Assembly (NCBI GenBank): GCA_043800705.1
Contig: JAZDMS010000018.1
Coordinates: forward strand, 5,564-69,563
From: Candidatus Altiarchaeota archaeon
GTDB lineage: Archaea; Altiarchaeota; Altiarchaeia; IMC4; SCGC-AAA252-I15
Direction of reading: 5' to 3'
Length of the DNA: 64,000 nt
The position numbers and the translations under genes are program-made. Below are positions 48,094-57,253 of this stretch, piece after piece. Numbering within the stretch: position 1 is the stretch's first letter; each line of letters begins with the position of its first letter. Under the pieces are notes generated by a model that was not told the origin of the DNA, did not search any database, and saw only the letters and a list, made by a program, of their open reading frames with translations.

Positions 48094-49134
48094 GTGAGAG
48101 CACTTCCGCTGCTGGTTGCCGTGATCGTCTTGGCTGCAGGCTGCATCATACCCCCTCCGCAGAAAATACAAAAGTCACCGGTGGAGTCGCAGGAGATAAC
48201 GACGACCACGACGTCGAGCACCACTACCACGACCCACATGATCCTTGATATCCGCCCGCTGAACGCCTTGAAGACGACCAGCACGAGCATCCCCCCCTCC
48301 ACCACCTCATCGACATCTACGACCTCGAGCTCGACGAGCACGACCGTGACCCTGATTCTGCGCATGCGGGAATCCGAAGCCTACGAAAAAATGACGTTCT
48401 TCCTTACCGGGGTGGAGGAGGTCAGGGGCGTCACATACTATTCCCTGGACTATACGACAGGCGACGGACAGGCGGGCAGGATAAGATTCTCCGGCACGAC
48501 CCTCATAGACGACCGAGAATTGGGCGTCGCGAGGCAGGGGCAGCAGATAACAGCCAAAATATCCATCCGGGAGAACAGGGAGCTCAAAGACCGGGCGCCG
48601 GCAGGCTCGACCATCCTGAGCCTCGGGGCTGGCCTACAGAACCGGTCCTTCGACGTCTACCGGATCGGCATGGAGAACGTCCAATCCGACCGGATCAGGC
48701 TATCCTTCGACGACGGGCAGAACACGACCCAGGCGGAACTGTCGCAGGGGGATGTGGCATACTTCGACGGCATGGAGGTGGGCGCACTGGAGACCCGCAT
48801 ACCCGGCAACCTGGCCGCGATATACCTGCTCAAAGACACGGACGTGTACGACCGAAGCGGCGGCCAGAGATACTGCATGCGCAAATTCGTGACATACCCC
48901 AAAGCCACGCCGCTCATAGTCGACGGCATGTCCAATCTGTCGGTCGGTGCCGCCACGCTCACGGTCTTTGGCATCGGCGACGGGGTGGTGACGCTGTCGG
49001 CGGCCGAAGGCGGGCTAAGCCGTAACCTTCAGCTGTCCTGCGGGGCGACCTTGGACCTATCCGGGACAAAATACAACCTCGTATGGTACGGCGGAGACCG
49101 CGACGGATGCGCGAAAATAGTCGCCCACGGCTAG
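48094..49134 (+). CDS. Secreted lipobox protein with a Thr/Ser-rich linker, unknown function
   Basis: GTG start. MRALPLLVAVIVLAAGC (signal plus lipobox-like Cys) followed by TTTTTSSTTTTTH and STSTTSSSTSTT tracts. Confidence 0.6.
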   Translation: MRALPLLVAVIVLAAGCIIPPPQKIQKSPVESQEITTTTTSSTTTTTHMILDIRPLNALKTTSTSIPPSTTSSTSTTSSSTSTTVTLILRMRESEAYEKMTFFLTGVEEVRGVTYYSLDYTTGDGQAGRIRFSGTTLIDDRELGVARQGQQITAKISIRENRELKDRAPAGSTILSLGAGLQNRSFDVYRIGMENVQSDRIRLSFDDGQNTTQAELSQGDVAYFDGMEVGALETRIPGNLAAIYLLKDTDVYDRSGGQRYCMRKFVTYPKATPLIVDGMSNLSVGAATLTVFGIGDGVVTLSAAEGGLSRNLQLSCGATLDLSGTKYNLVWYGGDRDGCAKIVAHG

Positions 49135-49139
49135 TGCCG

Positions 49140-49610
49140 TCAATCCTGCAGGGTCTGGGTGTGCCTCTTGATCTCCGAGATGGTCATCTGCAGGTTCCCG
49201 GGCATGTATTCCTCGACGAAAGGCTTCATCCTGACCGTCTTATTCCTGCCCCCGATGTTCACATAAATCTCCGCCTGGGGGCGGTCGGCCAGCTGCGAGG
49301 AATAGGACGGCCTATAGACGTCCAGCATCCCGAACAGGCCCGCATCCACTACCCGTGTGCCGAGGCGCACATATTCCTCTTTTGAAATATTCGAGGATCT
49401 AGTGTAGGAAACCGTGCCGTTCACGTATCTTCTTGTGAACGTAACGGTCGAGTTGTCGATGACGTGCTCCGTGGAATACCTGTCTTCCGGCACGAGGCCC
49501 CCCCTTACCTCGTACCTGACAAAGACCGTGTCGTAGTCGTAGGTCAGCTCCCTTCTTTCGCAGCCGGAGACCGCCAAAACAAGCACGAGAAGCAGCGCCC
49601 ACCTCATCAA
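49140..49610 (-). CDS. Secreted lipobox protein, unknown function
   Basis: MMRWALLLVLVLAVSGC signal/lipobox; 156 aa with several NxT/S sequons. Confidence 0.55.
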   Translation of the reverse strand: MMRWALLLVLVLAVSGCERRELTYDYDTVFVRYEVRGGLVPEDRYSTEHVIDNSTVTFTRRYVNGTVSYTRSSNISKEEYVRLGTRVVDAGLFGMLDVYRPSYSSQLADRPQAEIYVNIGGRNKTVRMKPFVEEYMPGNLQMTISEIKRHTQTLQD

Positions 49611-49698
49611 TATAGAACTTCCCCCTTGGCGTATTTAAACGGCGGGCGCATTCAGCGGCTCCATGCCGCATTTTATACCCTGAAACACATACTCCTAC

Positions 49699-50097
49699 AT
49701 GGCCCCGAGAAACTGCGTAATTTTCATCCTTGCAGCCCTTTTGGTCCTCGGCTGCATAAGCGGGCCGGAGACTGTGACGACGACAACCGTTAGGGAGATC
49801 ACGGTTACGACGTTGCCTCCCGCGACGCTGCTGCCTCAGAAGGAGGTGGACAGCATCAAGCAGGCTATCGACACAATGGACCTGTCAAAGTGCGAGCCCA
49901 TAGGCGATGTCCGGCTGAGGAGCCTGTGCCTTTCCAATGTCGCGCAGGAGCTGAAGGATCCGGCTCCGTGCGCGAAAATCACCGAACCGGACGTGCAAGC
50001 AATCTGCTACCACAAGATCTCCAAGGAGACCTCGGACAAGTCGCTCTGCGAAAAGATCGCGATAGAGGCCGTAAGATCGCTGTGCCTCAGCCAGTGA
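49699..50097 (+). CDS. Secreted lipobox protein with repeated Cys-spaced helical motif
   Basis: CVIFILAALLVLGC signal/lipobox, a TTTT linker, then repeated ...C(E/A)(P/K)I....(R/I)..C... units (SKCEPIGDVRLRSLCLSNV / APCAKITEPDVQAICYHKI / SLCEKIAIEAVRSLCLSQ). Confidence 0.55.
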   Translation: MAPRNCVIFILAALLVLGCISGPETVTTTTVREITVTTLPPATLLPQKEVDSIKQAIDTMDLSKCEPIGDVRLRSLCLSNVAQELKDPAPCAKITEPDVQAICYHKISKETSDKSLCEKIAIEAVRSLCLSQ

Positions 50098-50106
50098 TGC
50101 CGGCCC

Positions 50107-50871
50107 TCAGATGAGGCCGTCGTAGACGTGCGACGGCCGGACGTTGTTCAGCGTGTATCTGATGAGGAACTTCATCCTGTTGGAGAGCCTTTTGCCGTTG
50201 AGGTGCCCTATCAGCTCCTCCCGGAGCCTCAGCATGTTCTCGGCCTCCTGGGCGGCATGTTTTTCTGCAGACATGAGGTTTCCGGCGTAGGCCCGAAGCA
50301 GCCTCCTGGCCTCCTTGCCGTCCTCTATCTGGGCGAGGTCCTTGATGAAGCATTCGTTGGCGGTCTTAAAGAGGCGCATCCGTACGTACGAGTTGTGGTG
50401 TTTCACGAGCCTTCCTATGAGCTCGTGTATCATCAGCTCCGCGGCCTTGTATCCCTCCTGCAGGGTCATGATGTTTTCGCTCATCTCCCTGTCGTATCTG
50501 AACCCTATGTGGTCGTCCACCTCAAGCGCAGTCTTCGGCGAGATTATGCCCCTGATCTTCGTCAGGAGGAAGAACGCCTGGTCCGTGTTCATGTCCAGGG
50601 TGTCGGCCACCCTGACGAAGTAATCTTTCGTGTCGAAGTCCGCGGGAAGGGTATATGTGTACGTCTCCTGGTTCCATCCTATGAGCCCCGTCTGCCTGAG
50701 CCTCTTCAGCTGCCGGTTGACTCCCCCTGTGCTTTCTCCGACGCCAAGGTCCCTAATCAGGCTCTCCTGAAGCTCGCTGCGTTTTCGCCCCTGCGGGTGT
50801 CCCTCAATGAGGTACTCGATTATCGCCCCAAGGGTCCTGCCCTGCTTCAGCCTCTTGATCCCACCCGCCAT
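50107..50871 (-). CDS. Hypothetical protein with an N-terminal winged-helix-like region
   Basis: TLGAIIEYLIEGHPQGRKRSELQESLIRDLGVGESTGGVNRQLKRLRQTGLI looks like a wHTH. The remainder is helical and unrecognised. Confidence 0.45.
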   Translation of the reverse strand: MAGGIKRLKQGRTLGAIIEYLIEGHPQGRKRSELQESLIRDLGVGESTGGVNRQLKRLRQTGLIGWNQETYTYTLPADFDTKDYFVRVADTLDMNTDQAFFLLTKIRGIISPKTALEVDDHIGFRYDREMSENIMTLQEGYKAAELMIHELIGRLVKHHNSYVRMRLFKTANECFIKDLAQIEDGKEARRLLRAYAGNLMSAEKHAAQEAENMLRLREELIGHLNGKRLSNRMKFLIRYTLNNVRPSHVYDGLI

Positions 50872-50953
50872 ATGCTACATTATATGTTTTTAATAGTTAA
50901 AAATGTGGTAGCTTGGGTGTTTTAGCGTTTTTTCTCCGGCTCCCCAGGCCCCT

Positions 50954-52291
50954 TCAGTCGAGGTACCCGTTCAGGAAACCGAGCCATCCCGGATCCTTTA
51001 TCATGAACAGCCCGGAGTCCTCCAGGACCTCGACGTCCTTGAGGTCCCTGATGTTCTTGCCGAACCCCTTCTTCTTCGCCAGAATCTCCGGCATGAGCTG
51101 TAGGGCGGTCCTGTACCTCCTCTTGGTATCGACGACCCACCTGCCGTCCTTGATGTACGGCTTGTCCTGCCTGTACTTCTCCACGAAGCGCTCCTGGTTG
51201 TGCGCGTCCTGGTGAAGCGGAGGCCCCACCCTGTGGACTATCACCGGAAGGCTCCAGACCTCCAACTCGAACAGGAGCACCGCCGAATCGTTTTCGTTGG
51301 TCCAGAAAGCGTCCCTGAACACCTTGAATTCGGCCTCGGCCAGCTCGGCAGCGATGTTCCTCATGGTCTTCCTCAGCTGCGAATACAAAATATTGGCGTT
51401 CATCCTCTCATGCCTGAAAAGGACGCATATGAACTTCGTCTTCCTCTCCTTCATGGCCTTCCCAAGCGCGTCTGCCTTCCGCATGGGTTTGGGCTTCGGG
51501 AAGAAGAAGTCCTCCGACGGGCGGTTGACGTACTCGTCGGCCTTGACCATGAACCTGGAAAGGCATTCGGGGGATACTGCGGCGGCGACGTTCCTGTTCC
51601 TGTCTACCGGGTCCACGACGATGAGGTTGGACCCCGTGAAGAACCTGGCAAGCGGCCTGGGGTCGTCCCAGAGTTTTTCCATGTCGATTATCTCGGGTAT
51701 GTCCCATGTCCTCCCCGCCTCGAGGCATTTGAGAAACGATCCGTAGCATATGACCAGCAGCTCCACCAGGTACCCGGAGAAGCCCTCGACCTTGGCCTCC
51801 GCCCCGTAGACTCCGATGCCACGCATGAACTGTTTCATGAGGCGGATCTCGTCGTTGAGGCTGTTCGAGGCCAGCTTGCCCCTGACGTATTCGGTGTGCT
51901 GCGGGGTGCGGTCGACCGCGGAGAGGATGCTCCCCCCGCTGTAGCACGGGACGATCTCAACCTGAATGTCCTCCACCACACCCTTCACGTACGGGTGTTC
52001 GGCGTAGTCTATCTCGTATGCGCCTCCGAGCCTCGTGAACACGGCCTTTCCGATCCTCAGGCCCTGCTTTTCAAGCTCCTGCCTCGGAACCTGCGGCGGA
52101 AACTGTATGAAGATGTCCAGGTCCTTGTTGCCCGCCAGGTCCGTGTCCTTCGCTATGGACCCGACGAGTATGGGCTTCACGGGATAGCCCTCAAGGATCT
52201 TGAAGACCCTCCTCCTCATCTTCTCTTCCGCCTTGCGCTCCTTTTCCTGCGGCCTGATCCTTGCAAGGATGCTGTCAGTGTTCAAGACCAC
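50954..52291 (-). CDS. cca: CCA-adding enzyme (archaeal class I tRNA nucleotidyltransferase)
   Basis: ILARIRPQEKERK...VGSIAKDTDLAGNKDLDIFIQFP matches the GS...T.L.g..DiDiF catalytic motif. The start is uncertain (GTG 52291 or TTG 52285 near the upstream stop); the ORF-track N-terminus up to 52402 overlaps the upstream gene. Confidence 0.88.
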   Translation of the reverse strand: MVLNTDSILARIRPQEKERKAEEKMRRRVFKILEGYPVKPILVGSIAKDTDLAGNKDLDIFIQFPPQVPRQELEKQGLRIGKAVFTRLGGAYEIDYAEHPYVKGVVEDIQVEIVPCYSGGSILSAVDRTPQHTEYVRGKLASNSLNDEIRLMKQFMRGIGVYGAEAKVEGFSGYLVELLVICYGSFLKCLEAGRTWDIPEIIDMEKLWDDPRPLARFFTGSNLIVVDPVDRNRNVAAAVSPECLSRFMVKADEYVNRPSEDFFFPKPKPMRKADALGKAMKERKTKFICVLFRHERMNANILYSQLRKTMRNIAAELAEAEFKVFRDAFWTNENDSAVLLFELEVWSLPVIVHRVGPPLHQDAHNQERFVEKYRQDKPYIKDGRWVVDTKRRYRTALQLMPEILAKKKGFGKNIRDLKDVEVLEDSGLFMIKDPGWLGFLNGYLD

Positions 52292-53295
52292 ACCCCCTCG
52301 GCCGGGCGTCTGCAGCCCGGGCATGCGCCCTCCGCCATCCTGTTCCGGACAATGCTGAACCCATGCCGTTCGATGAGGAGCTCCCCGCATCCGGGGCAGC
52401 ATGTGTCTTCGAATCTCCCGTGCGGGACATTGCCTGCGTAGACGTACTTCAAGCCCGCATCCCTGCCCAGTTTCACCGCTTTTTCTACGGCATTCACGCC
52501 GGTCGCCGGTATCCCGCCGAGCTTGTAGTCCGGGTGGAATGCGGACACATGCCAGGGGACGTGGTCTCCGAGCTCGGATGCGATGAATCCGGCGATCTGG
52601 CCAAGCTCCTCCTGACCGTCATTGAGTGTCGGTATTATCAGCGTCGTCACTTCCACCCATACCCCCCTCCTCATCAGGTCTTTCAGTGTGGAAAGCACCG
52701 GCTCAAGGCTGCCGCCGCAGTTCTCCCGGTAGAACCTGTCGGAGAAGCTCTTCAGGTCGACGTTGTCCGCGTGCAGGTACGGGGCGATGAGCCCGACAGA
52801 ATCGTCTGTCATGTAGCCGTTTGAGACGAAGACGTTCCGAAGGCCGTCCTTGGCTGCGAGCTTCGACACGTCGAGGGCGTACTCCATGAAGATCGTCGGT
52901 TCGGTGTACGTGTACGCAATCGATGAGCACCCGGTCGCCTTCGCCCCCTCGACTATCTCCTTGGGCTCGACTTCTTCCCCTACGATCTCCCCTCCATCCC
53001 TTGTCATCTGGCTGATCTCCCAGTTCTGGCAGTTTTTGCAGCGGAAATTGCACCCCGGCGTCGCGATCGAATAGGCCTTCGAACCTGGAAGGAAATGGTA
53101 GAGCGGCTTCTTCTCTATGGGGTCAGGATTCGCTGCGCAAGGCTTCCCCCACACAAGCGAGTAAAGAGTGCCCCCCCTATTCTCTCTGACAGCGCATATG
53201 CCCCTTCTGCCGTCGGGTATCGTGCACCGGTGGGCACACATCGCGCACCTGACAGCTTTTCCGGCGTCTGGCGATTGGAGGAGGGCTTCGTGCAT
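52282..53295 (-). CDS. AmmeMemoRadiSam-system radical SAM enzyme
   Basis: N-terminal Cys cluster CAMCAHRCTIPDGRRGIC, the radical-SAM CNFRCKNCQNW and C-terminal CPGCG...CPGC, a layout typical of this family. Confidence 0.8.
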   Translation of the reverse strand: MHEALLQSPDAGKAVRCAMCAHRCTIPDGRRGICAVRENRGGTLYSLVWGKPCAANPDPIEKKPLYHFLPGSKAYSIATPGCNFRCKNCQNWEISQMTRDGGEIVGEEVEPKEIVEGAKATGCSSIAYTYTEPTIFMEYALDVSKLAAKDGLRNVFVSNGYMTDDSVGLIAPYLHADNVDLKSFSDRFYRENCGGSLEPVLSTLKDLMRRGVWVEVTTLIIPTLNDGQEELGQIAGFIASELGDHVPWHVSAFHPDYKLGGIPATGVNAVEKAVKLGRDAGLKYVYAGNVPHGRFEDTCCPGCGELLIERHGFSIVRNRMAEGACPGCRRPAEGVWS

Positions 53296-53346
53296 AACAT
53301 TAAGAATGGGATGGCAGTATATTAATTGACGCGCGCCCGCCGAACT

Positions 53347-54684
53347 TCAGCCCTTCCGGCCGAATCCGGCCGCGGCGGAAAGGAGGAAGTAGACCGCAGC
53401 GAGGGTGAAGTGAATCATGAAGGGAAGCGTGTAGCGGGGCAGACCGAAGAAAACGGCCGTAACGATGACAATGTTCAGGAAGAATATCAGGGGGGCTGCG
53501 GGAGCATTCGGCCTCGGCCTCTCCTCCCAGATCACGGATTTCGGCAGAAGGCCCATGGCATAATACGCCATCATGGAAGCGATGATGAGCCGGAATGCGA
53601 ACGTGACGAAGGCCGACGGCACGTCTGTTGCAGCCATGACCTTGTTCCTTAGCATCGAAGGAATGCTATCCGCATTCTCTTTCCAAAAGAGTGCAAGTGA
53701 CCAGATTCTGTCCTTTTTTGCCATTTCGCTGTAGAAATCGTCCTTTATCCAATCCGAGTTCCATTGGCCGGTTTCCAGGCTTTTTGCATTGTTCCCTCCG
53801 TATAGGGAGTTGTCGAATTGCCTGGCAAGGACGATGAAGCTTCCCGTCTTGATGTAGAGGTAGGCTTCCCATGGCACGATCAGAGTTGAGCAGCCGAGTA
53901 TGAATAGCGTGCAGACGGCGAACGACTTCTTTGAGGATCCGAACCTGAAGAAGACGTAGCCCAGAAAAATTATCGGTATGAACCCCATGTATCCTTTGAT
54001 GAGGTCGAGGCCGCCCGACAGGACCCCCAGAGCGAAGGACCATGCCAAACCGTCTCTCTTAGAAAAAAACTGGAACGCACAGGCCCAAACCATCAGCGCG
54101 AAAACGGATAAGGGTTCGCTGAGAATGAGCCCCGGGTTCGGCAAAATGGGGAGGACGCAGGCGAGGACCGCAGTGAAGGCTCCCGCAGCCGCACCCCTGT
54201 TAGACCAGTATCTGCTGCCCAGCCAAGGCAGGAGCGAAACGGCGGCCGCAAGCAGCACGGTTTGAACGACCTTCGCAGTTTGCGGATGTACTCCGGCGAC
54301 AAAATAAACGGAAGCCAGAAAAAAATGGTATGCGGGCGTCGTATAGAACGGATTATACGGTTTCGTGAGAATGGGCTTTATTTTCTGTTTGTATATCTTT
54401 GACAGATCGATCCTGTAGACGTCGATGCCGTCCAGGTTTCCCATAACGAAGCCGTGCCCGTTGACGATGTTCACTGCGGCCATTTGATAGCCTATCGAGT
54501 CGATGAGGTAAGGGATGTCGACCATGTCATTGTAAAAGGTTTCATACCTCAAGAGAAGCGATAAAAATGTCAGGAAAAAGGCAAACGCACAAACTGCCGC
54601 CAGGTTCCTTATCCAGAAATCGTCGTCGACGAAATCTCTCACGGCCTTCCTAATATTGCCAGACCCTCTCATGGTGCGTCCCAT
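53347..54684 (-). CDS. Polytopic membrane protein, ArnT/PMT-like (GT-C, family 39-like) glycosyltransferase
   Basis: About 12 hydrophobic segments with a first-loop DSIGYQMAAVNIVNGHGF motif resembling the D..Y...A.n...G.G motif of GT39/GT83 enzymes. Confidence 0.45.
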   Translation of the reverse strand: MGRTMRGSGNIRKAVRDFVDDDFWIRNLAAVCAFAFFLTFLSLLLRYETFYNDMVDIPYLIDSIGYQMAAVNIVNGHGFVMGNLDGIDVYRIDLSKIYKQKIKPILTKPYNPFYTTPAYHFFLASVYFVAGVHPQTAKVVQTVLLAAAVSLLPWLGSRYWSNRGAAAGAFTAVLACVLPILPNPGLILSEPLSVFALMVWACAFQFFSKRDGLAWSFALGVLSGGLDLIKGYMGFIPIIFLGYVFFRFGSSKKSFAVCTLFILGCSTLIVPWEAYLYIKTGSFIVLARQFDNSLYGGNNAKSLETGQWNSDWIKDDFYSEMAKKDRIWSLALFWKENADSIPSMLRNKVMAATDVPSAFVTFAFRLIIASMMAYYAMGLLPKSVIWEERPRPNAPAAPLIFFLNIVIVTAVFFGLPRYTLPFMIHFTLAAVYFLLSAAAGFGRKG

Positions 54685-54716
54685 CCATCTAATATACGCC
54701 TCTGCTATAATATCCT

Positions 54717-55394
54717 TTGGATGTGGAGAAATATTCCCCGGGTGGGATTACCGCGGTCGTACCGGCACTGAACGAACAGGATTCCATCCGCGCCGTCATC
54801 GAGGGTTTGAAGCCGCTCGCGGACGAAATAATAGTCGTAGACGGACATTCGAGGGACCGTACCGCGGAGATAGCCCGCAAATGCGGCGCGTCGGTCCTGT
54901 TCGATGAGGTGGGAAAAGGATCTGCCGTAAGGAAGGGGTTTTCCGAAGCCAGAGGCGGCATCGTAGTAATGGTGGACGCGGACTGCTCTCACAGGCCTGA
55001 AGAAGTTGCGAAGGCGGTCAAGAAGATCCGTGAAGGCTACGACGTCTGCATGCCGTCAAGGTTCATGGAGGGTGGAGGCTCCGAAGACATTACCCCCCTC
55101 AGGGTGTTTGGCAATGGATTCTACAAATTCTGGGTTAGGTTATTTTGGGGGGTCTCATACACCGACATATGCTACGGTTTTAGGGCATTCAGCAGGTCTG
55201 CCCTCAAAAAACTGGACCTTTCAGCAGACGGCTTCGACTTGGAGGTCGAGATCGCCATAAAGACGGCGAAGAAAGGCCTAAAATTTGTGGAAATCCCCAG
55301 CCTAGAATTGAAAAGAAAATCCGGCAGCGGAAAACTCGGTTTTTGGACGAGCCTTGTCCTGGACAGGCGGATACTGTTGGAACTGTTCGACTAA
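54717..55394 (+). CDS. Family 2 glycosyltransferase (dolichyl-phosphate sugar synthase-like)
   Basis: AVVPALNEQDSI...IIVVDGHSRDRTAEIA...VMVDAD (DxD). The start is TTG 54717 or GTG 54723. Confidence 0.8.
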   Translation: MDVEKYSPGGITAVVPALNEQDSIRAVIEGLKPLADEIIVVDGHSRDRTAEIARKCGASVLFDEVGKGSAVRKGFSEARGGIVVMVDADCSHRPEEVAKAVKKIREGYDVCMPSRFMEGGGSEDITPLRVFGNGFYKFWVRLFWGVSYTDICYGFRAFSRSALKKLDLSADGFDLEVEIAIKTAKKGLKFVEIPSLELKRKSGSGKLGFWTSLVLDRRILLELFD

Positions 55395-55512
55395 TGCAAG
55401 GCCTTGAAGGCGGATATAACAATCGTCGTCTTCGGAGAGGCTAAGCGGCAGGGAAAGTTAGGCTTCTGGCTGAGCCTTGTGGTCAGACAGGTATTGTAGG
55501 GACTATTCGATT
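55395..55512 (+). pseudogene. Diverged remnant of a GT2 gene 3' tail, in frame directly after the intact gene's stop
   Basis: Reads ..ITIVVFGEAKRQGKLGFWLSLVVRQVL*GLFDL, versus the intact tail ..LKRKSGSGKLGFWTSLVLDRRILLELFD*. It has one missing codon and an internal TAG. Confidence 0.7.
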
Positions 55513-55553
55513 TGGCGTTATTTATTTATTTGGCTGTAAAAAATAGCCTTACC

Positions 55554-56918
55554 ATGAGGGTACTTTTGCTGAATCCACCGGCAAAGGGCGGGCAGTCGAG
55601 GGACGGCAGATGCCAGACTGAGGGTTCAGCCTGGCTTTCGTCATTTCCTCCAACGACGCTCGCCGGAATCGCGGGCTGTGTGAGGGAAAGGCACCAGATC
55701 AAGCTGATGGATTGTATCGGATCGGCTATGGGATATTATGAGGCGATGGCGCAAGCGCTGGAGTATGAGCCGGACTTTGTCGTTGTAAACACCTCGACAC
55801 AAACCTTGGAAGCCGACCTCGAGATTGCCGGAAGGATACGTGATACTACGGGTGCTAAGATAATCGCCTACGGGGAGAGCGTCACGGCTAGGAGGGCCGA
55901 ACTCGTGGCGGACGGGTCCGTCGACTTTGCGGTGCTGGGGGAGCCTGAGACGCCAGTAATGAAAATTCTCGGAGGAAGTCCCTCTGTAACTGGCGTCGCC
56001 TTTAGGGGATGGGATGGTGGCCTGTGGTCAGAGCCCGACCTAGACACTCTCCCGTTTCCCGCATACGATCTTTTGCCAGTTTATCTTTATCCCCTTACCG
56101 GGGAACGCTGGATGTTCGTCCGCACCGGCAGGGGATGCCCATACAAATGCGTCTTCTGCATACAGCCGTCGTATTCCAACAAACCAAGGGTCCATTCAGT
56201 GGACTACATCGTCAGGCAGCTGAAATGGCTCAGAGGCCTTGGCATAAATGTTTTCATGTTCTGGGAGGAGACTGCCACACTAAACAGGCCGCACGTACTT
56301 GGCATGTGCGACCGTTTTGTGCGAGAGGGGCTGGACAAAAGCTGCAAATGGTTCGCCACGACCCGCGTCGACCGTTTCGACGACGAGCTTGCAGAGGCGA
56401 TGAGCAAGGCTGGTTGCAGGATGCTCGCGTTCGGCATCGAATCGGGTTGCCAGGAAATCCTCGACGTTAACGGGAAAGGCATAACCCTCGAAGAGTCCAA
56501 GTCCGCGGTATCGTCAGCCAGAAGGCATGGCATCGTGACTGTAGGGCATTTCATTATAGGACTTCCCGGTGACACCCCAAAGCGGGCCAGACAGACTGTG
56601 AAATTCGCTTGCGATCTGAAACTTGATTTCGCCCAGTTCTACGTCGCCACCCCTTTTCTCGGCTCTGAGTTTCACAAGATAGCCTCGGATAACGGATGGA
56701 TTGTGGAAGCCGATACACGCAATATCCAGCAGGGCATAGCGGCCGTCTCATATCCGGACTTCAGCGCGGATCAGATGCAGGCGGAGAGGCGGCGAGCCTT
56801 CATGAAGTTCTACCTCCGGCCGCATGCAATTTATGCATCCCTGAAGGCGAGATCGATGCAATCGATACTGCGGCTGCCCCTGCAGGCATTGGCATTCTCC
56901 AGGTGGGCCCTTAAGTAG
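55554..56918 (+). CDS. B12-binding-domain radical SAM protein
   Basis: ATG 55554 (MRVLLLNPP...). N-terminal cobalamin-binding-like domain, then GRGCPYKCVFC (CxxxCxxC). Confidence 0.8.
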   Translation: MRVLLLNPPAKGGQSRDGRCQTEGSAWLSSFPPTTLAGIAGCVRERHQIKLMDCIGSAMGYYEAMAQALEYEPDFVVVNTSTQTLEADLEIAGRIRDTTGAKIIAYGESVTARRAELVADGSVDFAVLGEPETPVMKILGGSPSVTGVAFRGWDGGLWSEPDLDTLPFPAYDLLPVYLYPLTGERWMFVRTGRGCPYKCVFCIQPSYSNKPRVHSVDYIVRQLKWLRGLGINVFMFWEETATLNRPHVLGMCDRFVREGLDKSCKWFATTRVDRFDDELAEAMSKAGCRMLAFGIESGCQEILDVNGKGITLEESKSAVSSARRHGIVTVGHFIIGLPGDTPKRARQTVKFACDLKLDFAQFYVATPFLGSEFHKIASDNGWIVEADTRNIQQGIAAVSYPDFSADQMQAERRRAFMKFYLRPHAIYASLKARSMQSILRLPLQALAFSRWALK

Positions 56919-57076
56919 TCTCAACCTTTAATGGACTTCTCCAGGATAGTTCTGAGTTTTCTGACCTCCAGGAAAAAGAATATGCCAATGGCTGCCAGAA
57001 TAAGCTGGCTGAACATTACAGACTCGGCTGTTGTGTAATTTCCCGAATTAATTTCGCTTCAGTTGAGTTGGGTTTT

Positions 57077-57253
57077 ATGCGAAAACTCAACCAGAAGAAG
57101 GTGAGATGGATTATTCGGGAAATGAACCGTGGTGACCTATTCCCCCACATGAGCCTAGACTTCGAAAACGCCGAAACACCAAGGGAAGCATTACTGCGTA
57201 AAATGCCCCCAGAAAACCTCCTAGGAGCAGCCAGTAAATACTTCGGATGGTGA
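57077..57253 (+). mobile_element. Possible decayed N-terminal fragment of a transposase/integrase HTH
   Basis: MRKLNQKKVRWIIREMNRGD resembles remembered archaeal IS-encoded HTH N-termini (..K.rWIiRe...G). The sequence then loses similarity and stops after 58 aa, and no catalytic domain follows. Confidence 0.25.

Noticed and set aside
56921-57016. 31-codon hydrophobic micro-ORF considered as a TatA-like or small membrane protein gene
   Set aside because: It lacks the TatA Gly-Pro hinge motif, has no obvious promoter or RBS, and is too short to support from sequence alone. It is mentioned only within the finding on the decayed region.
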